A stretch of 64,000 bases of DNA, taken from NCBI RefSeq assembly GCF_036365525.1, contig NC_090389.1:54505885-54569884 (forward strand). The letters are read 5' to 3'. The DNA is from Heterodontus francisci. Taxonomy: Eukaryota. Both the position numbers and the translations under genes were made by a program. How positions within the stretch are numbered: the first letter of the stretch is position 1; each line of letters begins with the position of its first letter. Under the pieces are notes generated by a model that did no database searches, was not told where the DNA came from, and saw only the letters and a program-made list of their open reading frames with translations. Shown here piece after piece: positions 1 through 11,554 of this stretch.

Positions 1-1190
1 TTTTTTTGTTCTTTCATGGGATGTGAGCATCACTGGAAACGTCAGCATTTATTGCCCATCCCTAATTTCCCTTGAGAAGGTGGTGGTGAGCTTCCTTCTT
101 GAACTGCTGCAGTCCACCTGGTGTAGATACAGGCACATTACTGTTAGGAAGGCAGATCCAGGTTTTTGACCCAGCGACAGTGAAGTAACGGCGATACAGA
201 TCTGAGTCAGGCTGATGTGTGGCTTGGAGGGGCACTTGTAGATGGCAGTGTTTCCATGCGCCTGCTGCCCTTGTCCTTCTAGATGGTAGAGGTTGCAGGT
301 TTGGAAGGTGCTGTCAAAGGAGGCTTAGCGTGTTTCTGCAGTGCACTTTGTCTATAGTACTCACTGCTGTCACTGTGTGCCAGTGGTGGAGGGAGTGAAT
401 GTTGTAGGTGGTAGATGGGGTGCTGATCAAATGGGCTGCTTTGCCCTGGATGGTGTTGAACTTCGAGTGTTGTTGGAACAGCACTCACCCAGGCAAGTGG
501 AGATTATGCTATCACACTCTTGACTTGTGCCTTGTAGATGGTGGACAGGCTTTGGGGAGTCAGGAGGTGAGTTACTTACCACAGAATTCCCAGCCTCTGA
601 TCTGCTCTTGTAGCCACAGTATTTATATGGCTGGTCCAGTTCAGTTTCTGGTCAATGGTAACCCACAGGATGTTGATGGTGGGGAATTCAGCGATGGTAA
701 TGCTATTGAATGTTATGGGGAGATGGTTAGATTCTCTCTCGTCATTGCCTGACACTTTGTCTGGCATGGATATTAATTGCAACTTATTGGCCCAAGCCTG
801 ACTGGTGTCCAGGTCTTGCTGCATATAGGCAAGGACTGCATCAGTACCTGAGGAGTTGTAAATGGCACTGAATACAGTGCAATCATCAGTAAACATCCCC
901 AATTCTGACTTTATAATGGAGGGAAGGTCATCGATTAAGCAGCTGAAGATGGTCGGGCCTAGGACACTACCCTCAGGAACTCCTGCAGCGATGTCTTGGG
1001 GCTTAGATGTTTGGCCTCCAACAACCACAACCATCTTCCTTTGTACTATGACTTCAACCAGTGGTGAATTTTCCCCAATTCCCATTGACTTCAATTTTGC
1101 TAGGGCTCCTTGATGCCACACTCCATCAAATGCTGCCTTGATGTGAAGGGCAGTCACTCTCACCTCACCTCCTTTGTCCATGTTTGGATC
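1..1190 (-). mobile_element. 5'-truncated CR1/L2-group non-LTR retrotransposon (here 'LINE family B'), RT 3' part and 3' tail
   Basis: ORF 576..1421(-) has RT motifs (IKAAFDGVWH, GVPEGSVLGP, MFTDD). The tail near position 1-60 matches the tails at 7335-7405 and 44655-44730. Confidence 0.8.
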
Positions 1191-1570
1191 AAGGTTGTAA
1201 TGAAGTCTGGAACCGAGTGGCCCTGGCAAACCCAAACTGAGCAAACTCAGAGAAGGCATGAAGGAAAATAGGACAGAAACTACAGAACGAGGCTGGTTCG
1301 CAGGTAGAGCAAAGGGGAGTCTGAGGGGAGCGTAGGCTTGGCAGACAAAGGAGAAAAATGGCAGAGGAAGCAGACTGAATGGTGTTGATCTTAGTGACAA
1401 AGTTGGCCATGAGCTCCTCACACTTGTTGGAAACTAGGGTGGCGGGGGGAGCAGAGAAGTGTTTAAGGAGATGGTTGGTACTGCAGAAAAGAAACTGGGG
1501 GCTATTGTTGCTCTTCAGCACGATCTCGGAGTACTGTGTGGTTCTGGCAAAGGATATTGCAGGCAGGTAG
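1190..1570 (-). mobile_element. Degenerate L2-like LINE fragment
   Basis: ORF 1189..1521(-) 'FCSTNHLLK...SNKCEELMANFVTKINTIQS' resembles the L2 ORF2 linker region. Confidence 0.5.
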
Positions 1571-1777
1571 CATTTGATCTAGTCATTGTTAAACCAGTTT
1601 TGTGCCAGAAACTTCCTACCTATAATATGGCCCTGTAACATACGCATGGCTAGTTTTTACATGGTTTGTGTTTTTGATAAGGCTTTTTTAAAAAAAAAAA
1701 GGCACTACTACAATGTTTTTAATTATCTAAGTCATCATATTAGAAAACGCCTTTAAATTGTTAGTAAACACACCCAC

Positions 1778-1854
1778 CTGCTCTTTACTCTCAGTATAGC
1801 TGCCAGTGTTTCTTCTTCAAATCTCAATACATCAACAGGTAAGGCAGCTCCAAT
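1778..1854 (-). CDS. RPP14: RPP14 (RNase P/MRP subunit p14) coding exon 3
   Basis: ttttgtag|ATT...AGC AG|gtgggt; 77 nt; IGAALPVDVLRFEEETLAAILRVKS resembles human VDAALPLDILTYEEKTLSAILRICS; phase 0 start fits exon 2. Confidence 0.93.
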
Positions 1855-2179
1855 CTACAAAATTAACACTTTCAGAACATTAACATTTAGACTGTCAGGT
1901 GCAAATTTCTAAGGTATATTCAAATACATTTTCAAAAAGCATAAGGGTAAAAATGGCTACTTGCCCTCAAAAGTGATTGATAAATTCTACATTAGAATCG
2001 TTTGTGTTGTGTACTGACAATTTAATAACCATCTGACCAGGTGGTACAGCACAGACAGAGAGGTAATAAATGAAATCTTAACTGTGCTATACAGGAGAAT
2101 GTCAAATGTAGACTGGGTACTTTTCCAGTGTGAAGTGGGTCAATTAAATTTGAGAGTGACTCATTCCAAGCCACCATCA

Positions 2180-2760
2180 TACATTTCAAATGTTGCCTGC
2201 CACTTGTCAGCCTAGGCCTAAACATTATCCAAGTCTTGCTGTTGGCTGCTTCATAACGAGCGACAGTGAATGGAACTGAATATTGAATCATAAGCAAACA
2301 ATGCCACTTCTGACCTTAAGTCACAGGGAAGGTTATTGATGATGCAGCTAAAGATGTCTGGAGGGAATTCAGAGAGGCATAGTGGATGATAAAGTAGCCG
2401 CTGATTATGGAATAAAGACAAGGAAGGAGTGGGAAACAAATAATTAAAGGCAACGGAGCAGGCACATATGAGGACGTATAGCTGGAGGTGACCAATAAGA
2501 TTGGGTGAGATGAAGCCGTGCAGAGATTTGAAGATGGAGACAAAGTTGTAGAAATTAATTTGCTGAAGCAAAAGAAACGATTGGAGTTGAGCAAGGATGA
2601 AGTTGATGGAGGCACGAGACTTTGGGCAGGCAAGATTATAGATCATGGTTGAGGAACATTGAAGAAATCGAGCATCGAGATGAAGACAAATGGATTAGTG
2701 ATGTGAAGTGGATGAGGAGATAACATGGTTACAGTCACATGGAATGCTAACTAAGACTTT
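2180..2760 (-). mobile_element. Old LINE fragments (family B and L2-like)
   Basis: Decayed RT remnants (IINNLPCDLRSEVALFAYD) next to L2-like 3' sequence. Confidence 0.45.
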
Positions 2761-3699
2761 GATCTGCTCAGTCTGTGTTATGGGTGAAATGGTTCTTGTA
2801 CACTGTTCAGACTGCTGCTGGCAGACAGACATTGTGAAAGTATAGGACGATAAGCAGCTGGCTGTTTAGAAACCATCACAGCATTGTACCGTTATAGGCT
2901 TGCTGGCCCACTCTGCGGGAATGGAAAGGTTGGATCTGAAGAGAAGCATAAGTTCTCTGTGGCTTCTCTAACAGAGGTTTACCCAATGATATCTGGGGCT
3001 GACGGTCAGTGGCAGCTGTCCAGATTTAAGCTGGGGGGGAAAAAAGACGAACGCAAAATGTTATCAACTGATAATGACGATAAGCGCTGCGGAGTAAGGA
3101 GGTAAAGCAATGAACAGCCAAGGGGTCAGTGCTAAGTATGTAAGCTCAGTGCCAGATATCAGAAAAGGAGACAAAAGTTAGTGAATGCCACCAACATAGC
3201 TCAAAATGAGCAATCCTTTCCTTTTTCAGGGGAAGTTTTTTTTGTTCAACAATGGCAGGAATACCATGAAACTTGGTGTTTATTCTTTTTGACAACAAAG
3301 TTGAATTAGTAGGTCCAATCATGGAACTATCAAACAGCGAGGCAGGGACCAGAATTTTCCTTCTGTTTGTCATTCATCTCCTGCTGGTTAAGACTGTAGT
3401 GAATGGTAGCATAGTAGTTATGTTACTGGACTGGTAATTCAGAGGCCAGAGTCTAAATCCCACCATGATTGCTGGGGAAGCTAAATTCAGTTAATAAATC
3501 TGGAATAAAAAGCTCATATCAGTAATGCTAACTGTGAAACTACCAGATTGTCGTAAAAATCCCATCTGGTTCACTAATGTCCTTTTGGAAAGGAAGTCTG
3601 GCCTGTATGTGATTCCAGACCCACAGCAATGTGGTTGACAATAAACTGCCTTGTGAAATGGCCTAGCAAGTCAGGGGAAGGAAAGGGAACCAGCAGGCA

Positions 3700-4363
3700 G
3701 TGCAGGGATCCCCTGTGGCCGTTTCCCTCAACAACAGGTATACCGTTTTGGATACTGTTGGGGGGTACGACTTACCAGGGGTAAGCAATGGGGTGCAGGT
3801 CTCTGGCACAGAGTCTGTCCCTGTTGCTCAGAAGGGAAAAGGGAAGAGGAGCAGAGCATTAGTCATTGGGGACTCCATAGTTAGGGGAACAGATAGGAGG
3901 TTCTGTGGGAACGAGAGAGACTCACGGTTGGTGTGTTGCCTCCCAGGTGCCAGGGTACGTGATGTCTCCGATCGTGTTTTTGGGATCCTTAAGGGGGAGG
4001 GGGAGCACCCCCAAGTCGTGGTCCACATAGGCACCAACGACATAGGTAGGAAGAGAGATGGGGATTTAAGGCAGAAATTCAGGGAGCTAGGGTGGAAGCT
4101 TAGAGCGAGAACAACCAGAGTTGTTATCTCTGGGTTGTTGCCTGTGCCACGTGCTAGCGAAGAGAGGAATAGGGAGAGAGAGGAGTTGAACACGTGGCTG
4201 CAGGGATGGTGTAGGAGGGAGGGTTTTGGTTTCCTGGATAATTGGGGCTCTTTCTGGGGTAGGTGGGACCTCTACAAACAGGATGGTCTTCACCTGAACC
4301 AGAGGGGTACCAATATCCTGGGGGGGGAGATTTGTTAGTGCTCTTCGGGGGGGTTTAAACTAA
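3700..4363 (+). pseudogene. CR1 ORF1 (SGNH esterase part), 5'-truncated, with a +1 frameshift in the G-run at 4320-4327
   Basis: IGDSIVR, HIGTND and DGLHLN SGNH motifs; 8 G here versus 7 G in copy 2. Confidence 0.85.
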
Positions 4364-7245
4364 ATCAGCAGGGGAATGGGAACCTAAATTGCAGTGCCAG
4401 TGTACAGGCTGTTGAGAGTAGTGAGGTAGGGGATAAGGTTACAGGGACGCAAGAGGGCACTGGCAAGCAAGAACTTGGTTTAAAGTGTGTCTACTTCAAC
4501 GCCAGGAGCATCCGGAATAAGGTGGGTGAGCTTGCAGCATGGGTTGGTACCTGGGATCCTGATGTTGTGGCCATTTCGGAGACATGGGTAGAGCAGGGGC
4601 AGGAATGGATGTTGCAGGTTCCGGGATTTAGATGTTTCAGAAAGAACAGAGAAGAGGGTAAAAGAGGGGGGGGTGTGGCATTGTTAATCAAGGAAAGTAT
4701 TACAGCGACAGAAAGGATGTTTGAGGACTCGTCTACTGAGGTAGTATGGGCCGAGGTTAGAAACAGGAGAGGAGAGGTCACCCTGTTGGGAGTTTTCTAT
4801 AGACCTCCGAATAGTTCCAGAGATGTAGAGGAAAGGATAGCGAAGATGATTCTCGACAGGAGCGAGAGTAACAGGGTAGTGGTTATGGGGGACTTTAACT
4901 TTCCAAATATTGACTGGAAATACTATAGTTCGAGTACTTTAGATGGGTCTGTTTTTGTCCAGTGTGTGCAGGAGGGTTTTCTGACACAGTATGTGGACAG
5001 GCCAACCAGGGGCGATGCCACATTGGATTTGGTACTGGGTAATGAACCCGGCCAGGTGTTCGATTTAGATGTAGGTGAGCACTTTGGCGATAGTGATCAC
5101 AATTCGGTTAGGTTTACCTTAGCGATGGGCAGGGACAGGTATATACCGCAGGGCAAGAATTATAGCTGGGGGAAAGGAAATTATGACGCGATTAGGCAAG
5201 ATTTAGGATGTGTAGGATGGGGAAGGAAACTGCAGGGGATGGGCACAAACGAAATGTGGAGCTTATTCAAGGAGCAGCTAATGCGTGTCCTTGATAAGTA
5301 TGTACCTGTCAGGCAGGGAGGAAGTTGTCGAGCAAGGGAGCCGTGGTTTACTCAAGAAGTTGAAGCGCTTGTCAAGAGGAAGAGGGCGGCTTATGTTAGC
5401 ATGAGACGTGAAGGCTCAGTTAGGGCGCTTGAGAGTTACAAGCTAGCCAGGAAGGATCTAAAGGGAGGGCTAAGAAGAGCAAGGAGAGGACACGAGAAGT
5501 CATTGGCGGATAGGATCAAAGAAAACCCTAAGGCTTTCTATAGGTATATCAGGAATAAACGAATGATAAGAGTTAGAACAGGGCCAATCAAGGATAGTAG
5601 TGGGAAGTTGTGTGCGGAATCAGAGGAGATAGGGGAAGCGTTAAATGAATATTTTTCATCAGTATTTACAGTAGAGAAAGAAAATGTTGCCGAGGAGAAT
5701 ACTGAGATTCAGGCTACTAGGCTAGATGGGATTGAGATTCACAAGGAGGAGGTGTTAGCAATTTTGGAAAGAGTGAAAATAGATAAGTCCCCTGGGCCAG
5801 ATGGGATTTATCCTAGGATTCTCTGGGAAGCCAGGGAGGAGATTGCAGAGCCGTTGTTGTTGATCTTCAAGTCGTCATTGTCGACAGGAGTAGTGCCGGA
5901 GGACTGGAGGATAGCAAATGTTGTCCCCTTGTTCAAGAAGGGGAGTAGAGACAGCCCTGGTAATTATAGACCTGTGAGCCTTACTTCGGTTGTGGGTAAA
6001 ATGTTGGAAAAGGTTATAAGAGACAGGATTTATAATCATCTTGAAAAGAATAAGTTCATTTGCGATAGTCAGCACGGTTTTGTGAAAGGTAGGTCGTGCC
6101 TCACAAACCTTATTGAGTTTTTCGAGAAGGTGACCAAACAGGTGGATGAGGGTAAAGCCGTGGATGTGGTGTATATGGATTTCAGTAAGGCGTTTGATAA
6201 GGTTCCCCACGGTAGGCTATTGCAGAAAATACGCAAGTATGGGGTTGAAGGTGATTTAGAGCTTTGGATCAGAAATTGGCTAGCTGAAAGAAGACAGAGG
6301 GTGGTGGTTGATGGCAAATGTTCATCCTGGAGTTTAGTTACTAGTGGTGTACCGCAAGGTTCTGTTTTGGGGCCACTGCTGTTTGTCATTTTTATAAACG
6401 ACCTGGATGAGGGTGTAGAAGGGTGGGTTAGTAAATTTGCGGATGACACGAAGGTCGGTGGAGTTGTGGATAGTGTTGAAGGGTGTTGTAGGGTACAGAG
6501 GGACATAGATAGGCTGCAGAGCTGGGCTGAGAGATGGCAAATGGAGTTTAATGCGGAGAAGTGTGAGGTGATTCACTTTGGAAGGAGTAACAGCAATGCA
6601 GAGTACTGGGCTAATGGGAAGATTCTTGGTAGTGTAGATGAGCAGAGAGATCTTGGTATCCAGGTACATAAATCCCTGAAAGTTGCTACCCAGGTTAATA
6701 GGGCTGTTAAGAAGGCATATGGTGTGTTAGCCTTTATTAGTAGGGGGATCGAGTTTCAGAGCCACGGGGTCATGATGCAGCTGTACAAAACTCTGGTGAG
6801 GCCGCACCTGGAGTATTGCGTGCAGTTCTGGTCACCGCATTATAGGAAGGATGTCGAAGCTTTGGAAAGGGTGCAGAGGAGATTTACTAGGATGTTGCCT
6901 GGTATGGAAGGAAGGTCTTACGAGGAAAGGCTGAGGGACTTGGGGTTGTTTTCGTTAGAGAGGAGGAGGAGGAGAGGTGACTTAATAGAGACATACAAGA
7001 TAATCAGAGGGTTAGATAGGGTGGATAGTGAGAGTCTTTTTCCTCGGATGAGGATGGCAAACACGAGGGGACATAGCTTTAAGTTGAGGGGTGAAAGATA
7101 TAGGACAGATGTCAGAGGTAGTTTCTTTACGCAGAGAGTAGTAGGGGCGTGGAACGCCCTGCCTGCAACAGTAGTAGACTCGCCAACTTTAAGGGCATTT
7201 AAGTGGTCATTGGATAGACATATGGATGTAAATGGAATAGTGTAG
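4354..7245 (+). CDS. CR1 ORF2: APE endonuclease plus reverse transcriptase, uninterrupted
   Basis: Frame is open from 4339 to the stop at 7245; motifs YFNARS, ISETW, GDFN, SDH, YRPVSLTS, QHGF, GVPQGSVLGP, KFADD. Confidence 0.93.
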   Translation, partial: FKLNQQGNGNLNCSASVQAVESSEVGDKVTGTQEGTGKQELGLKCVYFNARSIRNKVGELAAWVGTWDPDVVAISETWVEQGQEWMLQVPGFRCFRKNREEGKRGGGVALLIKESITATERMFEDSSTEVVWAEVRNRRGEVTLLGVFYRPPNSSRDVEERIAKMILDRSESNRVVVMGDFNFPNIDWKYYSSSTLDGSVFVQCVQEGFLTQYVDRPTRGDATLDLVLGNEPGQVFDLDVGEHFGDSDHNSVRFTLAMGRDRYIPQGKNYSWGKGNYDAIRQDLGCVGWGRKLQGMGTNEMWSLFKEQLMRVLDKYVPVRQGGSCRAREPWFTQEVEALVKRKRAAYVSMRREGSVRALESYKLARKDLKGGLRRARRGHEKSLADRIKENPKAFYRYIRNKRMIRVRTGPIKDSSGKLCAESEEIGEALNEYFSSVFTVEKENVAEENTEIQATRLDGIEIHKEEVLAILERVKIDKSPGPDGIYPRILWEAREEIAEPLLLIFKSSLSTGVVPEDWRIANVVPLFKKGSRDSPGNYRPVSLTSVVGKMLEKVIRDRIYNHLEKNKFICDSQHGFVKGRSCLTNLIEFFEKVTKQVDEGKAVDVVYMDFSKAFDKVPHGRLLQKIRKYGVEGDLELWIRNWLAERRQRVVVDGKCSSWSLVTSGVPQGSVLGPLLFVIFINDLDEGVEGWVSKFADDTKVGGVVDSVEGCCRVQRDIDRLQSWAERWQMEFNAEKCEVIHFGRSNSNAEYWANGKILGSVDEQRDLGIQVHKSLKVATQVNRAVKKAYGVLAFISRGIEFQSHGVMMQLYKTLVRPHLEYCVQFWSPHYRKDVEALERVQRRFTRMLPGMEGRSYEERLRDLGLFSLERRRRRGDLIETYKIIRGLDRVDSESLFPRMRMANTRGHSFKLRGERYRTDVRGSFFTQRVVGAWNALPATVVDSPTLRAFKWSLDRHMDVNGIV

Positions 7246-8645
7246 GTCAGATGATCGGCGCAACATCGAGGGCCGAAGGGCCTGTACTGCGCTGTAATAT
7301 TCTAATTCTAATTCTAAAAAGTCATTCATTTAAGGGCAATTAGGGATGGGCAATATATGCTGGCCTTGCCAGCGATGCTCACATCCCATGAATTAATTAA
7401 AAATAAAACTCTTGGTGGAGCTTAAACCATGACTTCCTAGCTCACAGGTGAGTGTGCTGACACTGAGCAAAGGCTGACATGTAAATGGAATGAATAAATA
7501 AAGTATAGCAAGGTGAGTCACAGAGGTTACGCAAGAGGTGGGAGATAAGGATATACTTTCCATAGTTGGTGGGGAAAAATACAAGCTGGAACCTTGTATA
7601 GGAATGTGTGTGTGAAAGGTGTACAGCAACCACCTAAGGGTCAGCTCCCTATTATGACATAATTGACCCTTTAAATCTCACTGGGAAAGTGGGAATTTTT
7701 CCCTCCAGGAACAGCTTACTCCAGCAATGCCTGGAGATATGAGCCACAAGAAAATTATTTATCCATTACACAATAGTTCTAAACTATCTCAACTTTATTA
7801 AAAATATATTCAAGTCTTAAAAAACAGTTTTTACCCCAGAAAATATTTCATTACGTTAATCTCCTTATAAACAATTGCAATATGAATAAGGCAACAGGAA
7901 ATGATTGCTTACTTTCTAGAATCTGTCATCAAGTTAGTCATACAGTAAAAATTAGACCACAACTGACGTCAAGTTGTTTTGTGGAAGGTAACTCACTGGT
8001 ACAATATTTCAGTACTCAAACAAGATGAAACATTAATTAGTTTAGTATGATTCCCTAGTCAACAAGCTCCTGATTTCAGCTGTGCTATTAGTGTGAACTT
8101 CTGAACTGAGACCAGGTGCATCAATGTAACCAGGAATTAAAAAAGGAAAGAATAGATTTACATCCAACAACTGGTGAGCGCTAGTTCAGTGTTTGAAAGC
8201 AGGTTGCCTGTCCATCATTCACAGTCAGAGGCTGATATATATGACATGGAAAAATGAACAAATTTAAGAAAAGACTTCAAAAAGTTCTAAAAAAAAAATT
8301 TTAAGTCGTCAATTATCCAACCATACATCATGCATAATAATTCTATGCTTTTCTACTCTGAAAAACAAAAAATGTAGTGGCAACACTGAAGTGAGCAAAA
8401 CAAAATTGGCCTATAATGTGTGAACTGTAACACAGAAATGCACTTGTGTGAATGAGGAGCAAAAATGCCATAGCGATCCCCGATATTTGCTACACTAGAC
8501 ATGAATATGCAGTTTGCCTTTAGAAAATCAAGAGTTATACTGAAACATTTTTAAGAATTTCTATGCAATGCACCTTATACTTTGCAAGAGTACTAACCCA
8601 TTAACTCAACAAATCTAAATATTGTTCAACATCACAATGCAATAT

Positions 8646-11552
8646 TGTTAGGACCGACCGCTCCAGTCAAAGTCCACAATCAAAATATATGATTCTGATA
8701 GTGGTGGGAGAAACGCACTGTTAATTCAATCCCGTCCCTCCACAGATTGCCTAACATATCATTTGAATTTTCCAAATTAAGACCCAGCCAAACTGTACCA
8801 TCTATTAACCTCCGAATGAGGCTAACCAAACCAGGTGTCTTTAAATCAACAAATGAACTGTTTAATTAGAAAAACTAAATTCTTAAACACTACAAGATAT
8901 AAACAACATTTAAAACAGAAAAAATTAGAGTCCTTGCAAATTTACACTTCCCAATGAACAATGCTCTGATTGAAGTCCACGCGCAATCTTCCAGGGTCCG
9001 ACGAGGAAAGGAAAACAGTCCAACACCCGAAGTTTCAAACTCCTTTTTCATACAGCGATAACCACAGTAGATCAACAACTCGCAACCACTTTCAATCAGA
9101 ATTTAGAATTTTTGAGGGATAAAAGATCAGTCTAACTTCCCTTCCATCAGTTTAAATTATCAGAGATCTCTGTTTTGGCTTGACCTTTTAGAATTGAGAG
9201 AGAATAATAAACAAACAGACTAAATTCTCTCCCTTCAGTTGAAATGGGCTGAGAGCTCTTCTTTCAGGTGCTAACACACTGCTGTCTGTCTCTGTCCTCT
9301 GTTAGAACAGGCTGTTTGCACTATAAGCCAGTTCAAAATTAAACGGTAATAAATGTATCTCTCGATGCTCAGTCCGAGTGGCTGTATCCAAGGAAAGAAG
9401 AATGCACCCTTTGAATCGCAGTCTCCGAATGGCTGTATCCAAGGCAACGAGAATGCATTCTTTGACTCAGTCTTTAGAGCCTGTTGCCTTAAAGCAGTAC
9501 GGCTCTTTTTCCAGCCTTAAAGGCACGCTGCATTCTTCCCGGAAAAAAAAAACTATAGGATCATAACGTCTCCGCCCCTGGTGGAATGAAACACCATTTC
9601 TGGAATGTGTTTCATTACAAAGGGTAAAAAAATATATAAATTGAAAAAACACTAACTTTTCTTTCCCGCATTTATAGGCATATACTTTTCTAAGATGTTA
9701 AGACTACAGCAACAAGTTCCACCAGAACATTTCAGTTTTAAATTTTCAAAAGGATGTTCTAATTAATCCATTTAAAATTCCCAAGCATAGTCTTCCAATT
9801 GTTTTATGTTTTCCTCCCAAGCATCCCTATTGTTCATCACCTCAGCCAGGTGAACTGCACAGCTAGGAGCACTGACCACTACTGGGTTAACTATTCTGAG
9901 AAGTTTCTCGAGTACCCCTCAACCTATGTAGCATCACTTGACACTGGAAAACCCTATCAGGTGTAACAGAAGCTGATTTTTTCTTACCCTGGGGTGTCAA
10001 AGGAATTTGACAGCATCCCTCCGACACATCTGTCTCTAAGGCACATGGTGTTGCCCATTCTGTCCTTACACCTTTAAATAAGGATTTGGGTAGGATTCTG
10101 CCTTTGTTACCACAGTGACTTTTCTAGAGTCTATGCAGGTTTGAGCCGACCCACCAGGTTTAGACATCAAGACAATCTGTCATTTCCAGCTGTCCTGTCT
10201 AGGTTCAACTAAGCTGGCCTTCAGCATACATTGTACCTCTGCTTCAAATTGGGCCTGTGTGTCTGGACCGAAGCGGCAAGGAAGTTGTTTTAAAGGAATG
10301 GTTTCCCCCCCCCCCTATACCCACATCGTGTGTGGCTAAGGTTGTACATCCTGGCTTATCCCTCCAAACCTTTTGAAACATTGTGAAAACCCTGGTTAGG
10401 ACTTCACGCTGTTTTGCCTCTATGTGTAAAAGCCTATTGTTTAATTTTCCTAGCTATTCTGTATTCGCTAATTGGATAGGTGGAGGTTCAATCTGAGAAT
10501 ATCCTCGGCCAGCTTCTGCCTCATCCTCACTATCCTTTTCCTTCTCAACAGTCCAATTTACCTGACATACCTGTGCTGGCTTATCCTTCTCCCTGCTAAA
10601 TTGTTCCTCAACCACTGGTAGAGAAACTAGTGGTGCTGGTTTTATGGCAGGTTGTGGTTTTCCCACCATTTGACAGGTATGGCATGTCCTACAAAATTGT
10701 CTCACATCCTTTGTAAGACCTGGCCAGTAATAATGTTTGCTTATGTGTGATTTGGTTCCGAATTCCCCTATGTCCTGCAAAAGAAATGTCGTGTGCTAAC
10801 CTTAATAATCGTTGTCGATATTTAGGTGGTAACACCATCTGTTCAACAACTGTCCAGTCTTCGTCGGCAGGTCTATGAGGCGTCTCCATTTCCTCCTCAA
10901 AATCCCATTTGCCATATAATAGCCGTCCGGAACTCCTTTCGCCTCAGCTTCTGACAGAGCCGTTTGTGCCCTTCGGTATATCTCTGGATCAGCTTGCTGT
11001 GTTGCAATGATAGACAATCTGTTAAACATCTCATTTGGATTATCTAAATCCCCAAATGAGGTTTCAGATGCCTGGCTATCCTATTTGTGGTGCCCCTTTT
11101 ATCTCCGACAATGGATCCTGTTTAGCCATTGCTCGGGTAACTACACATGCAGGAAACATTCTTGGAACTTGTTCCTGTAATTGCTCCGTTTTCTTAACTT
11201 CACTTGGTTCCTCTGTAACCATAGCAGAAACTGTTACTTTTGATCCTGCCAAATCATTTCCTAGGAGTAGATCAATTCCTTCTACTGGTAAACTGCGGAC
11301 AACACCTACAGTTACTATCCCAGATATTAAGTCACTCACTAGGCGTATTTTATACAAAGGTATGGGTATACACTCCCCGCCAATTTCATTAACTAAAACT
11401 TGTGTTCGAGGCGCTCTCTGGTGGAAACTTCATATCTTTCCCCAGCAAGAGTGTTTGGGTTGCTCCTGTGTCCGAGTATAATAGGTTTTCCTGCCTCACT
11501 TACAGGATATGAGGTTACTCTCCCCTTTGACAAAAATTCATTATAACTCTCA
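8646..11552 (-). mobile_element. Truncated Gmr1-like Gypsy LTR retrotransposon (LTR about 8646-9568; RT, integrase and protease remnants)
   Basis: TGTTA LTR edge; PPT-like GGGGCGGAGA(-) at about 9569-9578; integrase Zn region (YYWPGLTKDVRQFCRTCHTC); LLLGNDLAG; integrase lies upstream of RT remnants as in Gmr1. Confidence 0.8.
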
Positions 11553-11554
11553 AG

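Larger units (their letters stand above)
3674..7318 (+). mobile_element. Young 5'-truncated CR1 LINE, copy 1
   Basis: TSD AAGTCA at 3668-3673 and 7319-7324; (ATTCTA)n tail; partial ORF1 and uninterrupted ORF2. Confidence 0.95.
3400..7407 (+). mobile_element. tRNA-like-headed SINE split by a CR1 insertion (SINE parts about 3400-3673 and 7319-7407)
   Basis: Head TGGTAGCATAGTAGTTATGTTACTGGAC; the body resumes after the TSD AAGTCA; the tail GGGCAATTAGGGATGGGCAAT...CACATCCCATGA is shared with LINE family B. Confidence 0.7.

Noticed and set aside
3828-6669. Antisense ORFs over CR1 (also 46696-49640)
   Set aside because: Shadow ORFs from codon bias of the sense frames.
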